A DNA stretch of 43,800 nucleotides, taken from Escherichia coli (GTDB lineage Bacteria > Pseudomonadota > Gammaproteobacteria > Enterobacterales > Enterobacteriaceae). Location of the stretch: assembly GCF_003334315.1 (NCBI RefSeq), contig NZ_QOWR01000040.1; one strand, 5' to 3'. The number at the start of each line of letters is the position of its first letter. The first letter of the stretch is position 1. The translations under genes were made by a program, and so were the position numbers. Shown here piece after piece: positions 22,161 through 32,093 of this stretch. The notes under the pieces are model-generated. The model ran no database searches, was not told the origin of the DNA, and saw only the letters and a list, made by a program, of their open reading frames with translations.

Positions 22161-23567
22161 ATGCGTACGTTTAGTGGCAAACGTAGTACGCTGGCGCTGG
22201 CTATCGCCGGTGTTACAGCAATGTCGGGCTTTATGGCAATGCCGGAGGCTCGCGCCGAAGGATTCATCGACGATTCAACCTTAACCGGCGGTATATATTA
22301 CTGGCAGCGTGAACGCGACCGTAAAGATGTTACCGACGGCGACAAATACAAAACCAACCTTTCTCACTCCACCTGGAATGCCAACCTTGATTTTCAGTCT
22401 GGTTATGCTGCTGATATGTTCGGCCTTGATATTGCCGCGTTTACGGCGATTGAAATGGCGGAAAACGGCGACAGCTCTCACCCGAACGAAATCGCGTTTT
22501 CAAAAAGTAATAAAGCCTATGACGAAGACTGGTCCGGCGACAAAAGCGGTATAAGCCTGTATAAAGCAGCGGCCAAATTTAAATACGGTCCGGTTTGGGC
22601 GAGGGCAGGTTATATTCAGCCAACCGGTCAGACGCTGTTAGCGCCTCACTGGAGCTTTATGCCGGGTACTTATCAGGGTGCGGAAGCCGGAGCGAATTTT
22701 GATTACGGCGATGCCGGTGCATTGAGTTTCTCCTACATGTGGACCAACGAATACAAAGCGCCGTGGCATCTGGAAATGGATGAGTTTTATCAGAACGATA
22801 AAACCACCAAAGTTGATTATCTGCACTCCCTTGGGGCGAAATACGACTTCAAAAATAACTTCGTACTGGAAGCGGCTTTTGGTCAGGCGGAAGGGTATAT
22901 CGATCAATATTTTGCCAAAGCCAGCTACAAATTTGATATCGCCGGTAGCCCGTTAACCACCAGCTACCAGTTCTACGGTACCCGCGATAAAGTTGACGAT
23001 CGCAGCGTCAACGACCTTTATGACGGCACCGCCTGGCTGCAGGCGTTGACCTTTGGTTACCGGGCGGCTGACGTAGTGGATTTGCGCCTCGAAGGCACCT
23101 GGGTTAAGGCTGACGGTCAGCAGGGATACTTCCTGCAACGTATGACTCCAACCTACGCTTCCTCAAACGGTCGCCTGGATATCTGGTGGGACAACCGTTC
23201 TGACTTCAACGCCAACGGCGAAAAAGCAGTCTTCTTCGGTGCGATGTATGACCTGAAAAACTGGAATCTTCCAGGCTTCGCCATCGGCGCTTCCTACGTT
23301 TACGCATGGGATGCTAAACCTGCGACCTGGCAGAGCAATCCGGATGCGTACTACGACAAAAACCGGACTATTGAAGAGTCTGCATACAGCCTGGATGCGG
23401 TCTATACCATTCAGGACGGTCGCGCCAAAGGCACGATGTTCAAACTGCACTTCACCGAATACGACAACCACTCCGACATCCCAAGCTGGGGCGGTGGTTA
23501 CGGCAACATCTTCCAGGATGAGCGTGACGTAAAATTTATGGTAATCGCACCATTCACCATCTTCTGA
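22161..23567 (+). CDS. chiP: Chitoporin ChiP/YbfM, OprD-family outer-membrane porin (468 aa)
   Basis: Signal peptide then beta-barrel-like sequence ending in aromatic FTIF; long AT-rich 5' leader (known ChiX sRNA target). Confidence 0.9.
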   Translation: MRTFSGKRSTLALAIAGVTAMSGFMAMPEARAEGFIDDSTLTGGIYYWQRERDRKDVTDGDKYKTNLSHSTWNANLDFQSGYAADMFGLDIAAFTAIEMAENGDSSHPNEIAFSKSNKAYDEDWSGDKSGISLYKAAAKFKYGPVWARAGYIQPTGQTLLAPHWSFMPGTYQGAEAGANFDYGDAGALSFSYMWTNEYKAPWHLEMDEFYQNDKTTKVDYLHSLGAKYDFKNNFVLEAAFGQAEGYIDQYFAKASYKFDIAGSPLTTSYQFYGTRDKVDDRSVNDLYDGTAWLQALTFGYRAADVVDLRLEGTWVKADGQQGYFLQRMTPTYASSNGRLDIWWDNRSDFNANGEKAVFFGAMYDLKNWNLPGFAIGASYVYAWDAKPATWQSNPDAYYDKNRTIEESAYSLDAVYTIQDGRAKGTMFKLHFTEYDNHSDIPSWGGGYGNIFQDERDVKFMVIAPFTIF

Positions 23568-23616
23568 TGCCCGACGCGGCAGGTTTTGTGCCTGCCGCAC
23601 GTTTGAGGAATTTGCT

Positions 23617-23943
23617 ATGAAAAAACTGATTCTCATCGCCATGATGGCATCGGGGCTGGTAGCTTGTGCGCAATCAACCGCACCACAGGAAGACAGCCGT
23701 CTGAAAGAGGCATACAGCGCCTGTATCAACACCGCGCAAGGTTCGCCGGAAAAAATTGAAGCCTGCCAGAGCGTGTTAAACGTGCTGAAGAAAGAGAAAC
23801 AACATCAGCAGTTTGCCGACCAGGAAAGTGTCCGCGTACTGGATTATCAGCAGTGTCTGCGTGCAACGCAAACCGGAAATGATCAGGCGGTGAAAGCCGA
23901 TTGTGATAAGGTCTGGCAGGAAATTCGCAGTAATAACAAATAA
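23617..23943 (+). CDS. chiQ: Lipoprotein ChiQ/YbfN (108 aa)
   Basis: Lipobox LVAC after signal peptide; co-oriented immediately downstream of chiP. Confidence 0.85.
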   Translation: MKKLILIAMMASGLVACAQSTAPQEDSRLKEAYSACINTAQGSPEKIEACQSVLNVLKKEKQHQQFADQESVRVLDYQQCLRATQTGNDQAVKADCDKVWQEIRSNNK

Positions 23944-23983
23944 GTGAGAGCTGTAACTCTCGCTTTTCTTATTTCCCTTGCAT

Positions 23984-24012
23984 AAAAAAGCCAACCCGCA
24001 GGTTGGCTTTTC
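23984..24012. terminator. Bidirectional intrinsic terminator between convergent chiQ and fur
   Basis: AAAAAA-GCCAACC-cgca-GGTTGGC-TTTT. Confidence 0.75.
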
Positions 24013-24026
24013 TCGTTCAGGCTGGC

Positions 24027-24473
24027 TTATTTGCCTTCGTGCGCGTGCTCATCTTCGCGGCAATCGCCTTCGGCACAGTGACCGTAAAGATAGAGACTGT
24101 GGTTAGTCAGGCGAATGCCATGTTTTGCGGCAATTTCACGCTGACGCGCTTCGATGGAATCATCACTAAATTCGATAACCTTGCCGCAGTCGAGGCAGAT
24201 CAGGTGATCGTGGTGATGTTGCTGTGTCAGTTCAAATACGGATTTACCGCCTTCAAAATTGTGGCGGGTGACGATACCAGCGTCGTCAAACTGGTTCAGT
24301 ACGCGATATACCGTAGCCAGACCAATTTCTTCACCCATATCGATCAGACGTTTGTATAAATCTTCCGCACTGACGTGATGGTTGTCCGGCTCCTGAAGAA
24401 CTTCCAGGATTTTTAAACGAGGAAGCGTTACTTTCAGGCCAGCTTTCTTTAGGGCGGTATTGTTATCAGTCAT
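24027..24473 (-). CDS. fur: Ferric uptake regulator Fur (148 aa)
   Basis: N-terminus MTDNNTALKKAGLKVTLPRLKILEVL; metal-binding HHHDH and C-terminal Cys/His cluster. Confidence 0.95.
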   Translation of the reverse strand: MTDNNTALKKAGLKVTLPRLKILEVLQEPDNHHVSAEDLYKRLIDMGEEIGLATVYRVLNQFDDAGIVTRHNFEGGKSVFELTQQHHHDHLICLDCGKVIEFSDDSIEARQREIAAKHGIRLTNHSLYLYGHCAEGDCREDEHAHEGK

Positions 24474-24552
24474 GCGGAATCTGTCCTGTTACTAAGCGGT
24501 TCACTTCATTAGAAGAAGTGACAGAATTTGCTCTTGAGATAATGCGTATCAT
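24466..24552 (-). CDS. uof: uof, 28-codon upstream ORF translationally coupled to fur
   Basis: MIRIISRANSVTSSNEVNRLVTGQIPHD overlapping the fur start by 8 nt; matches the described uof. Confidence 0.7.
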   Translation of the reverse strand: MIRIISRANSVTSSNEVNRLVTGQIPHD

Positions 24553-24556
24553 TATA
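24538..24556. promoter_or_regulatory. Fur-box-like motif at the uof start
   Basis: GATAATGCGTATCATTATA matches roughly 15 of 19 positions of the consensus GATAATGATAATCATTATC; its position over the uof start makes a functional role uncertain. Confidence 0.3.
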
Positions 24557-24761
24557 GAATTGCCACGCCTAAATGAAAACCACAAGTCCCTGGCAAATAT
24601 TGTTAATAAAAACGTGGCATAGCTTACATTTACAACGGCAAGGCCACTTGAACACCGGGACATTGTACAGGTACAACAGCAAAAGTTACAAATTTGTAGC
24701 AATTATTTTGATTGGCATTATCTATTAATACGGCGTAGACATGAGTCTACGCCGCATCACA

Positions 24762-25292
24762 TCAGGCATTGAGAATTTCGTCGAGATGCAACTCTTCAGA
24801 AATCTGTTTAACCCATTTTTCTACACGTTCAGCGGTCAGTTCCGGCTGACGGTCTTCGTCGATAGCCAGACCGACAAAGTGGTCGTCATCTGCCAGACCT
24901 TTTGATGCTTCGAAATGATAGCCCGCAGTTGGCCAGTGACCAACGATGGTTGCACCGCGCGGTTCAATGATGTCGCGGATGGTGCCCAATGCGTCGCAGA
25001 AATATTCGGCGTAATCTTCCTGGTCACCACAACCAAACAGCGCAACCAGTTTGCCATTGAAATCAATCTCTTCGAGAGTCGGGAAGAAGTCATCCCAGTC
25101 ACACTGCGCTTCGCCGTAATACCAGGTTGGGATGCCCAGCAGCAGAATGTCATAAGCTTCCAGATCTTCTTTGCTGCTTTTTGCAATGTCATGGACATCG
25201 GCAACGTCTTTACCAAGCTGTTTTTGAATCATTTTTGCGATATTTTCGGTATTACCGGTGTCGCTGCCGAAAAAGATGCCAGTGATAGCCAT
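24762..25292 (-). CDS. fldA: Flavodoxin 1 FldA (176 aa; six-frame ORF extends to 25409)
   Basis: N-terminus [16 protein letters not shown] (FMN-binding loop). Confidence 0.95.
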
Positions 25293-25431
25293 GAGTGAAA
25301 TAACCTCTTGAAACTTATTGAAATGGGGGTAGAAAATTGCCCACGGATAAAGGCAATCATAGCAGAACAGGCAGTCTTGCGGAATCAGCAAACGAGCAGG
25401 ACTGCACACTGTGCTACATGAAAGTGGAAAT

Positions 25432-25725
25432 TTAAACGATGCCCTGACTACGCAGCGCCGCCAGTTGCTGCATTAACATCTCTTCGATCAGTTCGCTACG
25501 GCTCATATTGCGCGATTCCGCCAGCTCGTTCAGCGCCTCGACAGCTTCCGCGTTCAGCTTCAGTTCGACACGCTTAAGGCCACGTACTTTGTCGCGTTTT
25601 AGTTGGTTGCGTTTATTAATACGCAGCTGTTCATCGCGCGAAAGCGGATTAGTTTTCGGTCGTCCCGGTCGACGCTCGTGCGCGAACAGATCTAATGTCG
25701 TACGGTCCGTTTGTTCTTTGGCCAT
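25432..25725 (-). CDS. ybfE: YbfE, small basic protein with ribbon-helix-helix-like C-terminus (97 aa; ORF extends to 25794)
   Basis: Start MAKEQTDR; C-terminal segment [34 protein letters not shown] resembles an RHH/CopG-like fold. Confidence 0.8.
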   Translation of the reverse strand: MAKEQTDRTTLDLFAHERRPGRPKTNPLSRDEQLRINKRNQLKRDKVRGLKRVELKLNAEAVEALNELAESRNMSRSELIEEMLMQQLAALRSQGIV

Positions 25726-25864
25726 GATCTTGGTGACTTCGGGGGAAACAATCAGCCAGGCCTCTGCCCGGATGGATAGCGCGCCATAATACATCAGCGC
25801 GATGAGTCACGCCAACGCCCACGCGCGGAAAGCGACGCGGACGCTGGGTTTTTAATCAGTTGCG

Positions 25865-26629
25865 TTAATCATTGAGATAGCGACGGATAGCGCGTAATAC
25901 CGCATCTGGTTTTTCAGCATGGACCCAGTGACCCGCGCCTGCAATGACATGCGCCCGTGCCTGTGGAAATTGTGCCAGTAAATCATCACGGTACTGCTCG
26001 CTAACATACGGAGAATTACCACCAGGGATAAACAGGGCAGGGTGATCCCATGCCGGGATTTTCTCCCAACCCACAATATGCGGATACTGATCCCACAATA
26101 CCGGCACGTTAAAGCGCCACTCCCCGTCAACAAAAGATTTCAACAGAAACTGAATCACCCCTTCTTCATTAAGATGCTGGCGCATTATTGCTGCTGCTTG
26201 CTGGCGAGTTTGTGCGTCCGATTCACTGACCGCGTTGATAGCTGCGAAAATCTCATCATGACGGCGTACGTGATAGTCGACCGGTGCGATATCGATCGCC
26301 ACCAGTTTATCGATGCGATCGGGGGCCAGTGCAGTAAGTGCCATTACCGCTTTACCGCCCATGGAGTGACCGATAAATGTTGCTTTGTCGATCTGCAGTG
26401 CATCCAGGGTATCAACAAGATCCTGCGCCATCGCCGGGTAATTCATTACCGGCTCTCTCGGTGAAAGACCGTGGTTACGCATATCAACCTGGATGATATT
26501 GTGATCGTTTACCAGATCGCGAGCCAGTACGCCAAGGTTGTCGAGGCTACCAAACAGACCATGGACAAGAACGATGGGAGAATTATTGTGCTGGTTTTGT
26601 GCAGTTTGCGCGCGGATATTCAATTTCAT
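25865..26629 (-). CDS. ybfF: Esterase YbfF, alpha/beta-hydrolase (254 aa)
   Basis: Nucleophile elbow GHSMGG. Confidence 0.9.
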   Translation of the reverse strand: MKLNIRAQTAQNQHNNSPIVLVHGLFGSLDNLGVLARDLVNDHNIIQVDMRNHGLSPREPVMNYPAMAQDLVDTLDALQIDKATFIGHSMGGKAVMALTALAPDRIDKLVAIDIAPVDYHVRRHDEIFAAINAVSESDAQTRQQAAAIMRQHLNEEGVIQFLLKSFVDGEWRFNVPVLWDQYPHIVGWEKIPAWDHPALFIPGGNSPYVSEQYRDDLLAQFPQARAHVIAGAGHWVHAEKPDAVLRAIRRYLND

Positions 26630-26813
26630 GGCAAAGTTCTTTTTTTCGCGTTGTCGGGTTAGGGTATTATGTTGACCATTGTGCCACAGGGCTGCAACAA
26701 ATAAGGTTTATTCCGAGTTTTTCTGCAAGCCAGGCTTGACGCTATCCGCTGCCGGGATTTATTCATATACTCCTGGCGACTTGTATTCAGCTAAGACACT
26801 GCACTGGATTAAG

Positions 26814-27359
26814 ATGAAAACGATTGAAGTTGATGATGAACTCTACAGCTATATTGCCAGCCACACTAAGCATATCGGCGAGAGCGCATCCGACATTTTA
26901 CGGCGTATGTTGAAATTTTCCGCCGCATCACAGCCTGCTGCTCCGGTGACGAAAGAGGTTCGCGTTGCGTCACCTGCTATCGTCGAAGTGAAGCCGGTCA
27001 AAACGATTAAAGACAAGGTTCGCGCAATGCGTGAACTTCTGCTTTCGGACGAATACGCAGAGCAAAAGCGAGCGGTCAATCGCTTTATGCTGCTGTTGTC
27101 TACACTATATTCTCTTGACGCCCAGGCGTTTGCCGAAGCAACGGAATCGTTGCACGGTCGTACACGCGTTTACTTTGCGGCAGATGAACAAACGCTGCTG
27201 AAAAATGGTAATCAGACCAAGCCGAAACATGTGCCAGGCACGCCGTATTGGGTGATCACCAACACCAACACCGGCCGTAAATGCAGCATGATCGAACACA
27301 TCATGCAGTCGATGCAATTCCCGGCGGAATTGATTGAGAAGGTTTGCGGAACTATCTAA
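26814..27359 (+). CDS. seqA: Replication-initiation negative modulator SeqA (181 aa; six-frame ORF begins at 26679)
   Basis: N-terminus [33 protein letters not shown]. Confidence 0.95.
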   Translation: MKTIEVDDELYSYIASHTKHIGESASDILRRMLKFSAASQPAAPVTKEVRVASPAIVEVKPVKTIKDKVRAMRELLLSDEYAEQKRAVNRFMLLLSTLYSLDAQAFAEATESLHGRTRVYFAADEQTLLKNGNQTKPKHVPGTPYWVITNTNTGRKCSMIEHIMQSMQFPAELIEKVCGTI

Positions 27360-27384
27360 AACGTTGCAGACAAAGGACAAAGCA

Positions 27385-29025
27385 ATGGCAATCCACAATC
27401 GTGCAGGCCAACCTGCACAACAGAGTGATTTGATTAACGTCGCCCAACTGGCGGCGCAATATTATGTACTGAAACCAGAAGCAGGGAATGCGGAGCACGC
27501 GGTGAAATTCGGTACTTCCGGTCACCGTGGCAGTGCAGCGCGCCACAGCTTTAACGAGCCGCACATTCTGGCGATCGCTCAGGCAATTGCTGAAGAACGT
27601 GCGAAAAACGGCATCACTGGCCCTTGCTATGTGGGTAAAGATACTCACGCCCTGTCCGAGCCTGCGTTCATTTCCGTACTGGAAGTGCTGGCAGCGAACG
27701 GCGTTGATGTCATTGTGCAGGAAAACAATGGCTTCACTCCAACGCCTGCCGTTTCCAATGCCATCCTGGTTCACAATAAAAAAGGTGGCCCGCTGGCAGA
27801 CGGTATCGTGATTACACCGTCCCATAACCCGCCGGAAGATGGTGGTATCAAGTACAATCCGCCAAATGGTGGCCCGGCTGATACCAACGTCACCAAAGTG
27901 GTGGAAGACAGGGCCAACGCACTGCTGGCCGATGGCCTGAAAGGCGTGAAGCGTATCTCCCTCGACGAAGCGATGGCATCCGGTCATGTGAAAGAGCAGG
28001 ATCTGGTGCAGCCGTTCGTGGAAGGGCTGGCCGATATCGTTGATATGGCGGCGATTCAGAAAGCGGGCCTGACGCTTGGCGTTGATCCGCTGGGCGGTTC
28101 CGGTATCGAATACTGGAAGCGTATTGGCGAGTATTACAACCTCAACCTGACTATCGTTAACGATCAGGTCGATCAAACCTTCCGCTTTATGCACCTTGAT
28201 AAAGACGGCGCGATCCGTATGGACTGCTCCTCCGAGTGTGCGATGGCGGGCCTGCTGGCACTGCGTGATAAGTTCGATCTGGCGTTTGCTAACGACCCGG
28301 ATTATGACCGTCACGGTATCGTCACTCCGGCAGGTTTGATGAATCCGAACCACTACCTGGCGGTGGCGATCAATTACCTGTTCCAGCATCGTCCGCAGTG
28401 GGGCAAAGATGTTGCCGTTGGTAAAACGCTGGTTTCTTCTGCGATGATCGACCGTGTGGTCAATGACTTGGGTCGTAAGCTGGTAGAAGTCCCGGTAGGT
28501 TTCAAATGGTTTGTTGATGGTCTGTTCGACGGCAGCTTCGGCTTTGGCGGCGAAGAGAGCGCAGGGGCTTCCTTCCTGCGTTTCGACGGCACGCCGTGGT
28601 CCACCGACAAAGACGGCATCATCATGTGTCTGCTGGCGGCGGAAATCACCGCTGTCACCGGTAAGAACCCGCAGGAACACTACAACGAACTGGCAAAACG
28701 CTTTGGTGCGCCGAGCTACAACCGTTTGCAGGCAGCTGCGACTTCCGCACAAAAAGCGGCGCTGTCTAAGCTGTCTCCGGAAATGGTGAGCGCCAGCACC
28801 CTGGCAGGTGACCCGATCACCGCGCGCCTGACTGCTGCTCCGGGCAACGGTGCTTCTATTGGCGGTCTGAAAGTGATGACTGACAACGGCTGGTTCGCCG
28901 CGCGTCCGTCAGGCACGGAAGACGCATATAAGATCTACTGCGAAAGCTTCCTCGGTGAAGAACATCGCAAGCAGATCGAGAAAGAAGCGGTTGAGATTGT
29001 TAGCGAAGTTCTGAAAAACGCGTAA
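27385..29025 (+). CDS. pgm: Phosphoglucomutase Pgm (546 aa; six-frame ORF begins at 27334)
   Basis: Phosphoserine loop GTSGHRG and TPSHNP motif; start MAIHNRAGQ. Confidence 0.95.
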   Translation: MAIHNRAGQPAQQSDLINVAQLAAQYYVLKPEAGNAEHAVKFGTSGHRGSAARHSFNEPHILAIAQAIAEERAKNGITGPCYVGKDTHALSEPAFISVLEVLAANGVDVIVQENNGFTPTPAVSNAILVHNKKGGPLADGIVITPSHNPPEDGGIKYNPPNGGPADTNVTKVVEDRANALLADGLKGVKRISLDEAMASGHVKEQDLVQPFVEGLADIVDMAAIQKAGLTLGVDPLGGSGIEYWKRIGEYYNLNLTIVNDQVDQTFRFMHLDKDGAIRMDCSSECAMAGLLALRDKFDLAFANDPDYDRHGIVTPAGLMNPNHYLAVAINYLFQHRPQWGKDVAVGKTLVSSAMIDRVVNDLGRKLVEVPVGFKWFVDGLFDGSFGFGGEESAGASFLRFDGTPWSTDKDGIIMCLLAAEITAVTGKNPQEHYNELAKRFGAPSYNRLQAAATSAQKAALSKLSPEMVSASTLAGDPITARLTAAPGNGASIGGLKVMTDNGWFAARPSGTEDAYKIYCESFLGEEHRKQIEKEAVEIVSEVLKNA

Positions 29026-29040
29026 ACACATTAAATAAGA

Positions 29041-29070
29041 AAAAGGGCGGTCGGAAGATCGCCCTTTTTT
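29041..29070 (+). terminator. Intrinsic terminator after pgm
   Basis: GGGCGG-tcggaaga-TCGCCC hairpin followed by TTTTTT. Confidence 0.7.
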
Positions 29071-29080
29071 ACGTATGACA

Positions 29081-29190
29081 AACACAGAATTGCCTGATGC
29101 GCTACGCTTATCAGGCCTACGAGGATGGTGCAATATATTGAATTTACGCGATTTTGTAGGCCGGATAAGGCGTTCACGCCGCATCCGGCA
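29081..29190. repeat. BIME (REP pair with conserved linker)
   Basis: TGCCTGATGCGCTACGCTTATCAGGCCTAC-linker-GTAGGCCGGATAAGGCGTTCACGCCGCATCCGGCA. Confidence 0.8.
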
Positions 29191-29239
29191 AAAACAACGA
29201 ACACTTTGTCAACAAACTGAGTAGCTCAAGGAAATCCCA

Positions 29240-29734
29240 ATGAAGACCAACAGGAGTCTGGTCGTCATAGTGTCACTAATTACCGCCACATTACTGCTGA
29301 CTGCATGCGCCCAACCTGAACAATCATCATTAGCTGGCGACTGGTTACTGACCCCTAAAGATAAAACCAGAGGATTAACGGGTAGCATTGCGGTAAATAT
29401 TGCACCTTCCCGGTGTAAGACAAATTGCCGTGGTGATAACTTACCTGATAATACCCGCCGCTGGCAGTTGTCAGGCGGGAACGAAAAAGAACTTACTTAT
29501 CTTCATAATATGTCAGCACAAGAAAAGGTCGGTTTAAATCCCGGTTGGCAATGCTACACCTCATTTTTTATGCGGGTTTGCCAGGGCAAGCCCGGCACTC
29601 GACCGATAGTCAATGAGGATTATGTCAGCGAAAGCGGATTTTTTGGCTCGATGATGCATGTCGGGATTATTGAGTTACGACGCTGCCAGTCAGAAAATTG
29701 CCAGCAAGAATTGAAAGCGATAAATACACATTAA
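29240..29734 (+). CDS. ybfP: Putative lipoprotein YbfP (164 aa), function unknown
   Basis: Signal peptide with lipobox LLLTAC; Cys-rich; AT-rich codon usage. Confidence 0.8.
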   Translation: MKTNRSLVVIVSLITATLLLTACAQPEQSSLAGDWLLTPKDKTRGLTGSIAVNIAPSRCKTNCRGDNLPDNTRRWQLSGGNEKELTYLHNMSAQEKVGLNPGWQCYTSFFMRVCQGKPGTRPIVNEDYVSESGFFGSMMHVGIIELRRCQSENCQQELKAINTH

Positions 29735-29740
29735 AATAGT

Positions 29741-29766
29741 GAGTCCGGAAATGAAACCCGGACCTG
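29741..29766. terminator. Hairpin between convergent ybfP and ybfG (no strong T-run)
   Basis: GTCCGG-aaatgaaac-CCGGAC. Confidence 0.35.
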
Positions 29767-29774
29767 AACATGTC

Positions 29775-30425
29775 TTATTGCGTGAATGTTTCTTTCATTT
29801 GATACTGCATTTCCCAGAGTTCAGTAAGCGAAATAACTTTTCTTGTTTTTGCTTCTTCACTTTGTACCCATAAGAAAGGGTAGAACGTGAAGGCTTCCGT
29901 TGCCGATAATTTTATTACGTCTTCTCGCCATTGCTGCCATCGTACATTTTCATAGAAGGTATCTAAATCACCGGATAATGCCCACTGAAGAAACTCAGAA
30001 TATCCAACTTCCAGACTTTCCCAATTCAGCGTATCTGGCGCAAAATAATAAACGCAGCCAGTATCTTCCCCAAGATCGCCACCATTAAGAGCAAAAATTC
30101 CCCCTGCGACATCGTCAGCGATGGGTAAAGCCCGCACGCCTGCGAATTCAGGGCGTTGTGTCCAACTTACTGGATCTCGTGGCAACCGGGGGTGACCAGA
30201 TCCTGCTATGCGTAACCAACCATTATCAATCAGCAGACCTCCGGAGCCATAGACAAGCGCACCCATTGGTGATTTTGTTGTCACCTGTAATTGATAAAGT
30301 GCGGTTTCGGCTAAATCTTTATTAACCGGTAAGAGTTCGGTATGGTTTGTGGCGTCTTTTAACCAGTTCTGGATTATTGGCCAGGCTGAATCTTCAGTAT
30401 TTACTAACTGATTCATTTCACGCAT
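29775..30425 (-). CDS. ybfG: Uncharacterised protein YbfG (216 aa from the ATG with an AGGAG RBS; in-frame ORF extends to 30533, 252 aa)
   Basis: Intact ORF; no recognisable catalytic motif; my recollection is that the K-12 counterpart is split or pseudogenised. Confidence 0.6.
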   Translation of the reverse strand: MREMNQLVNTEDSAWPIIQNWLKDATNHTELLPVNKDLAETALYQLQVTTKSPMGALVYGSGGLLIDNGWLRIAGSGHPRLPRDPVSWTQRPEFAGVRALPIADDVAGGIFALNGGDLGEDTGCVYYFAPDTLNWESLEVGYSEFLQWALSGDLDTFYENVRWQQWREDVIKLSATEAFTFYPFLWVQSEEAKTRKVISLTELWEMQYQMKETFTQ

Positions 30426-30548
30426 TGCTACTTGCTCCTTGTGTGCTACGGTGTCATTTATGATGAGGAATTGTATGGAACATTTTTTAAATATTAAGTT
30501 CCTTATATTTGAATAAAAAATGACTTTATCCATACATTGCCACTTTTT

Positions 30549-30683
30549 TCAAAGCATAAACCGATACCCAATACCGGTTTCAGTAATAAAATGGCGAGGC
30601 CGGGCCGGATCCTGTTCCAGTTTTTGTCGCAGATGCCCCATATAATTACGCAAATAGTTGCTGTGTTCGATCGCGTTTAGACC
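30549..30683 (-). pseudogene. ybfI: KdpE-like response-regulator C-terminal fragment (ybfI-like remnant)
   Basis: ~135 bp roughly 90% identical to kdpE 3' end at 34978-35112; in-frame translation ...IEHSNYLRNYMGHLRQKLEQDPARPRHFITETGIGYRFML* versus KdpE ...VEHSHYLRIYMGHLRQKLEQDPARPRHFITETGIGYRFML*; no N-terminal receiver domain. Confidence 0.8.
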
Positions 30684-30732
30684 CTACATCTGCCGGATGC
30701 GGCATAAATAACGAACTATTTGCCAACAAACA

Positions 30733-30764
30733 GAAAGGGCGATCATTCAATCGCCCTTTTTTAC
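30733..30764. terminator. Hairpin terminator downstream of potE
   Basis: AAAGGGCGAT-cattcaa-TCGCCCTTTTTT. Confidence 0.55.
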
Positions 30765-30773
30765 TTTGTTTTA

Positions 30774-32093
30774 TTAACCGTGTTTATTTTTCAGTTCAAA
30801 GCGTGGTGATACCAGACCATACAGTGTCCAACCAAGGAAGGTCACGATGGAACCGTACAGCATGGCTTCTTCCCCGGATGAGTACAGCGCATAGAAACTG
30901 TACATCGCGCCAACAAAAGCAACAAAGTTTGCAACTTTCGCTTTTGAGGGGGGCACATTAGCGACCTTCTGAATAATGACTAATGCCGCCATTGACAGAA
31001 TATACGGAATGATATTGGTCACCACGGCCAGGTTAACCAGCACGTTGAACTGACTGTTTAGCGACGGGCTAATCGTCATCAGCGCCAACCCGCTCTGGAT
31101 AATCACAATGGTCAACATTCCCTGCACCGGTGCATCCACTTTGGTTACACGGGAGAAAATTTTAGGGAAGTAGCCTTCATCAGATGAAGATTTAAACACC
31201 TGGGCAATGGTGAACTGCCAGCCAAGTAGCGAACCGCAGCAGGACATCACCATCAGCGCCATAATGACTTTACCCACTTCCGGCGTGAACATCTGCGCGA
31301 AGGCCAGACCAAATGGTGCCGTTGAATTTGCCAGCTCCATATTTGGCACAATCCCGGCAATCACGTTGGTGGAGACGATATAAATCACCGCCGCACCTAA
31401 CGTACCGCCGAGTACCGCGATTGGCACATTACGTTCCGGGTTTTCCACTACATCAGTATTTGCACACGCAGACTCCAGACCAAGAAAAGCCCACAGCGTC
31501 ATAGCGATGGAAGAACCTACCGCACTGAAGAACGGTGCATGATGCGGATTCCAGGAATCAACGTACAGCGTCGGGCTAAACCAGAACCAGCCAATAATGC
31601 ACAGACCGACGACCGGAATAATGACCCCCCACACGGTAATGCTACTGATTTGCCCGGTAATGCGCGCACCACCAAAGTTAGCCACGGTACAAATCCACAG
31701 CACCCCGATGGTCGCAAGACCAATCTGCACTGGCGACAAACTCGCGCCGAGCAGTTCGGTGCCGTAACCAACCGCCGAAATAGCAATCGCGACGTTAGCA
31801 ATCAGCAGTGAGACGCCGTAGGTATAGTTCGCCATAAAGTTACCGGATTTACCGAAAGCATACTCGGCATAACCGCCCATACCGCCTGATTTACGGCTGA
31901 ACATACCGCATTTTGCGAATGCCCATGCCAGTGCCATTGAGCCTACGGCTGTCACCAGCCAGGAGATAATTGAGATTGTCCCGACTTCGGCAAGCTTTGT
32001 CGGCAGCATGATGATACCGGAGCCCATCATGTTGACCATCGTCAGTATGGTTAACTGAACGACGCCCATTTTGTTCGATTTAGCCTGACTCAT
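30774..32093 (-). CDS. potE: Putrescine/ornithine antiporter PotE (439 aa)
   Basis: APC-family multi-TM protein; 4-bp overlap with speF stop. Confidence 0.95.
   Translation of the reverse strand: MSQAKSNKMGVVQLTILTMVNMMGSGIIMLPTKLAEVGTISIISWLVTAVGSMALAWAFAKCGMFSRKSGGMGGYAEYAFGKSGNFMANYTYGVSLLIANVAIAISAVGYGTELLGASLSPVQIGLATIGVLWICTVANFGGARITGQISSITVWGVIIPVVGLCIIGWFWFSPTLYVDSWNPHHAPFFSAVGSSIAMTLWAFLGLESACANTDVVENPERNVPIAVLGGTLGAAVIYIVSTNVIAGIVPNMELANSTAPFGLAFAQMFTPEVGKVIMALMVMSCCGSLLGWQFTIAQVFKSSSDEGYFPKIFSRVTKVDAPVQGMLTIVIIQSGLALMTISPSLNSQFNVLVNLAVVTNIIPYILSMAALVIIQKVANVPPSKAKVANFVAFVGAMYSFYALYSSGEEAMLYGSIVTFLGWTLYGLVSPRFELKNKHG

Noticed and set aside
27352-28752. 466-aa ORF on the minus strand, plus other long antisense ORFs (17949-18875, 20457-21023, 7820-8521, 39270-40046, 40021-40914, 41302-41793)
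   Set aside because: Each lies antisense to a recognised full-length gene (pgm, nagE, glnS, miaB, kdpB, kdpA) with clear catalytic motifs on the sense strand; the products are Arg/His/Cys-rich and low-complexity, typical of GC-biased antisense frames.
30500-30548. Shared GAATAAAAA motif just outside both kdpE-like repeat copies, as a possible extension of the repeat
   Set aside because: The 29 bp between the motif and the repeat in the left copy has no counterpart on the right; a 9-bp AT-rich match is expected by chance.
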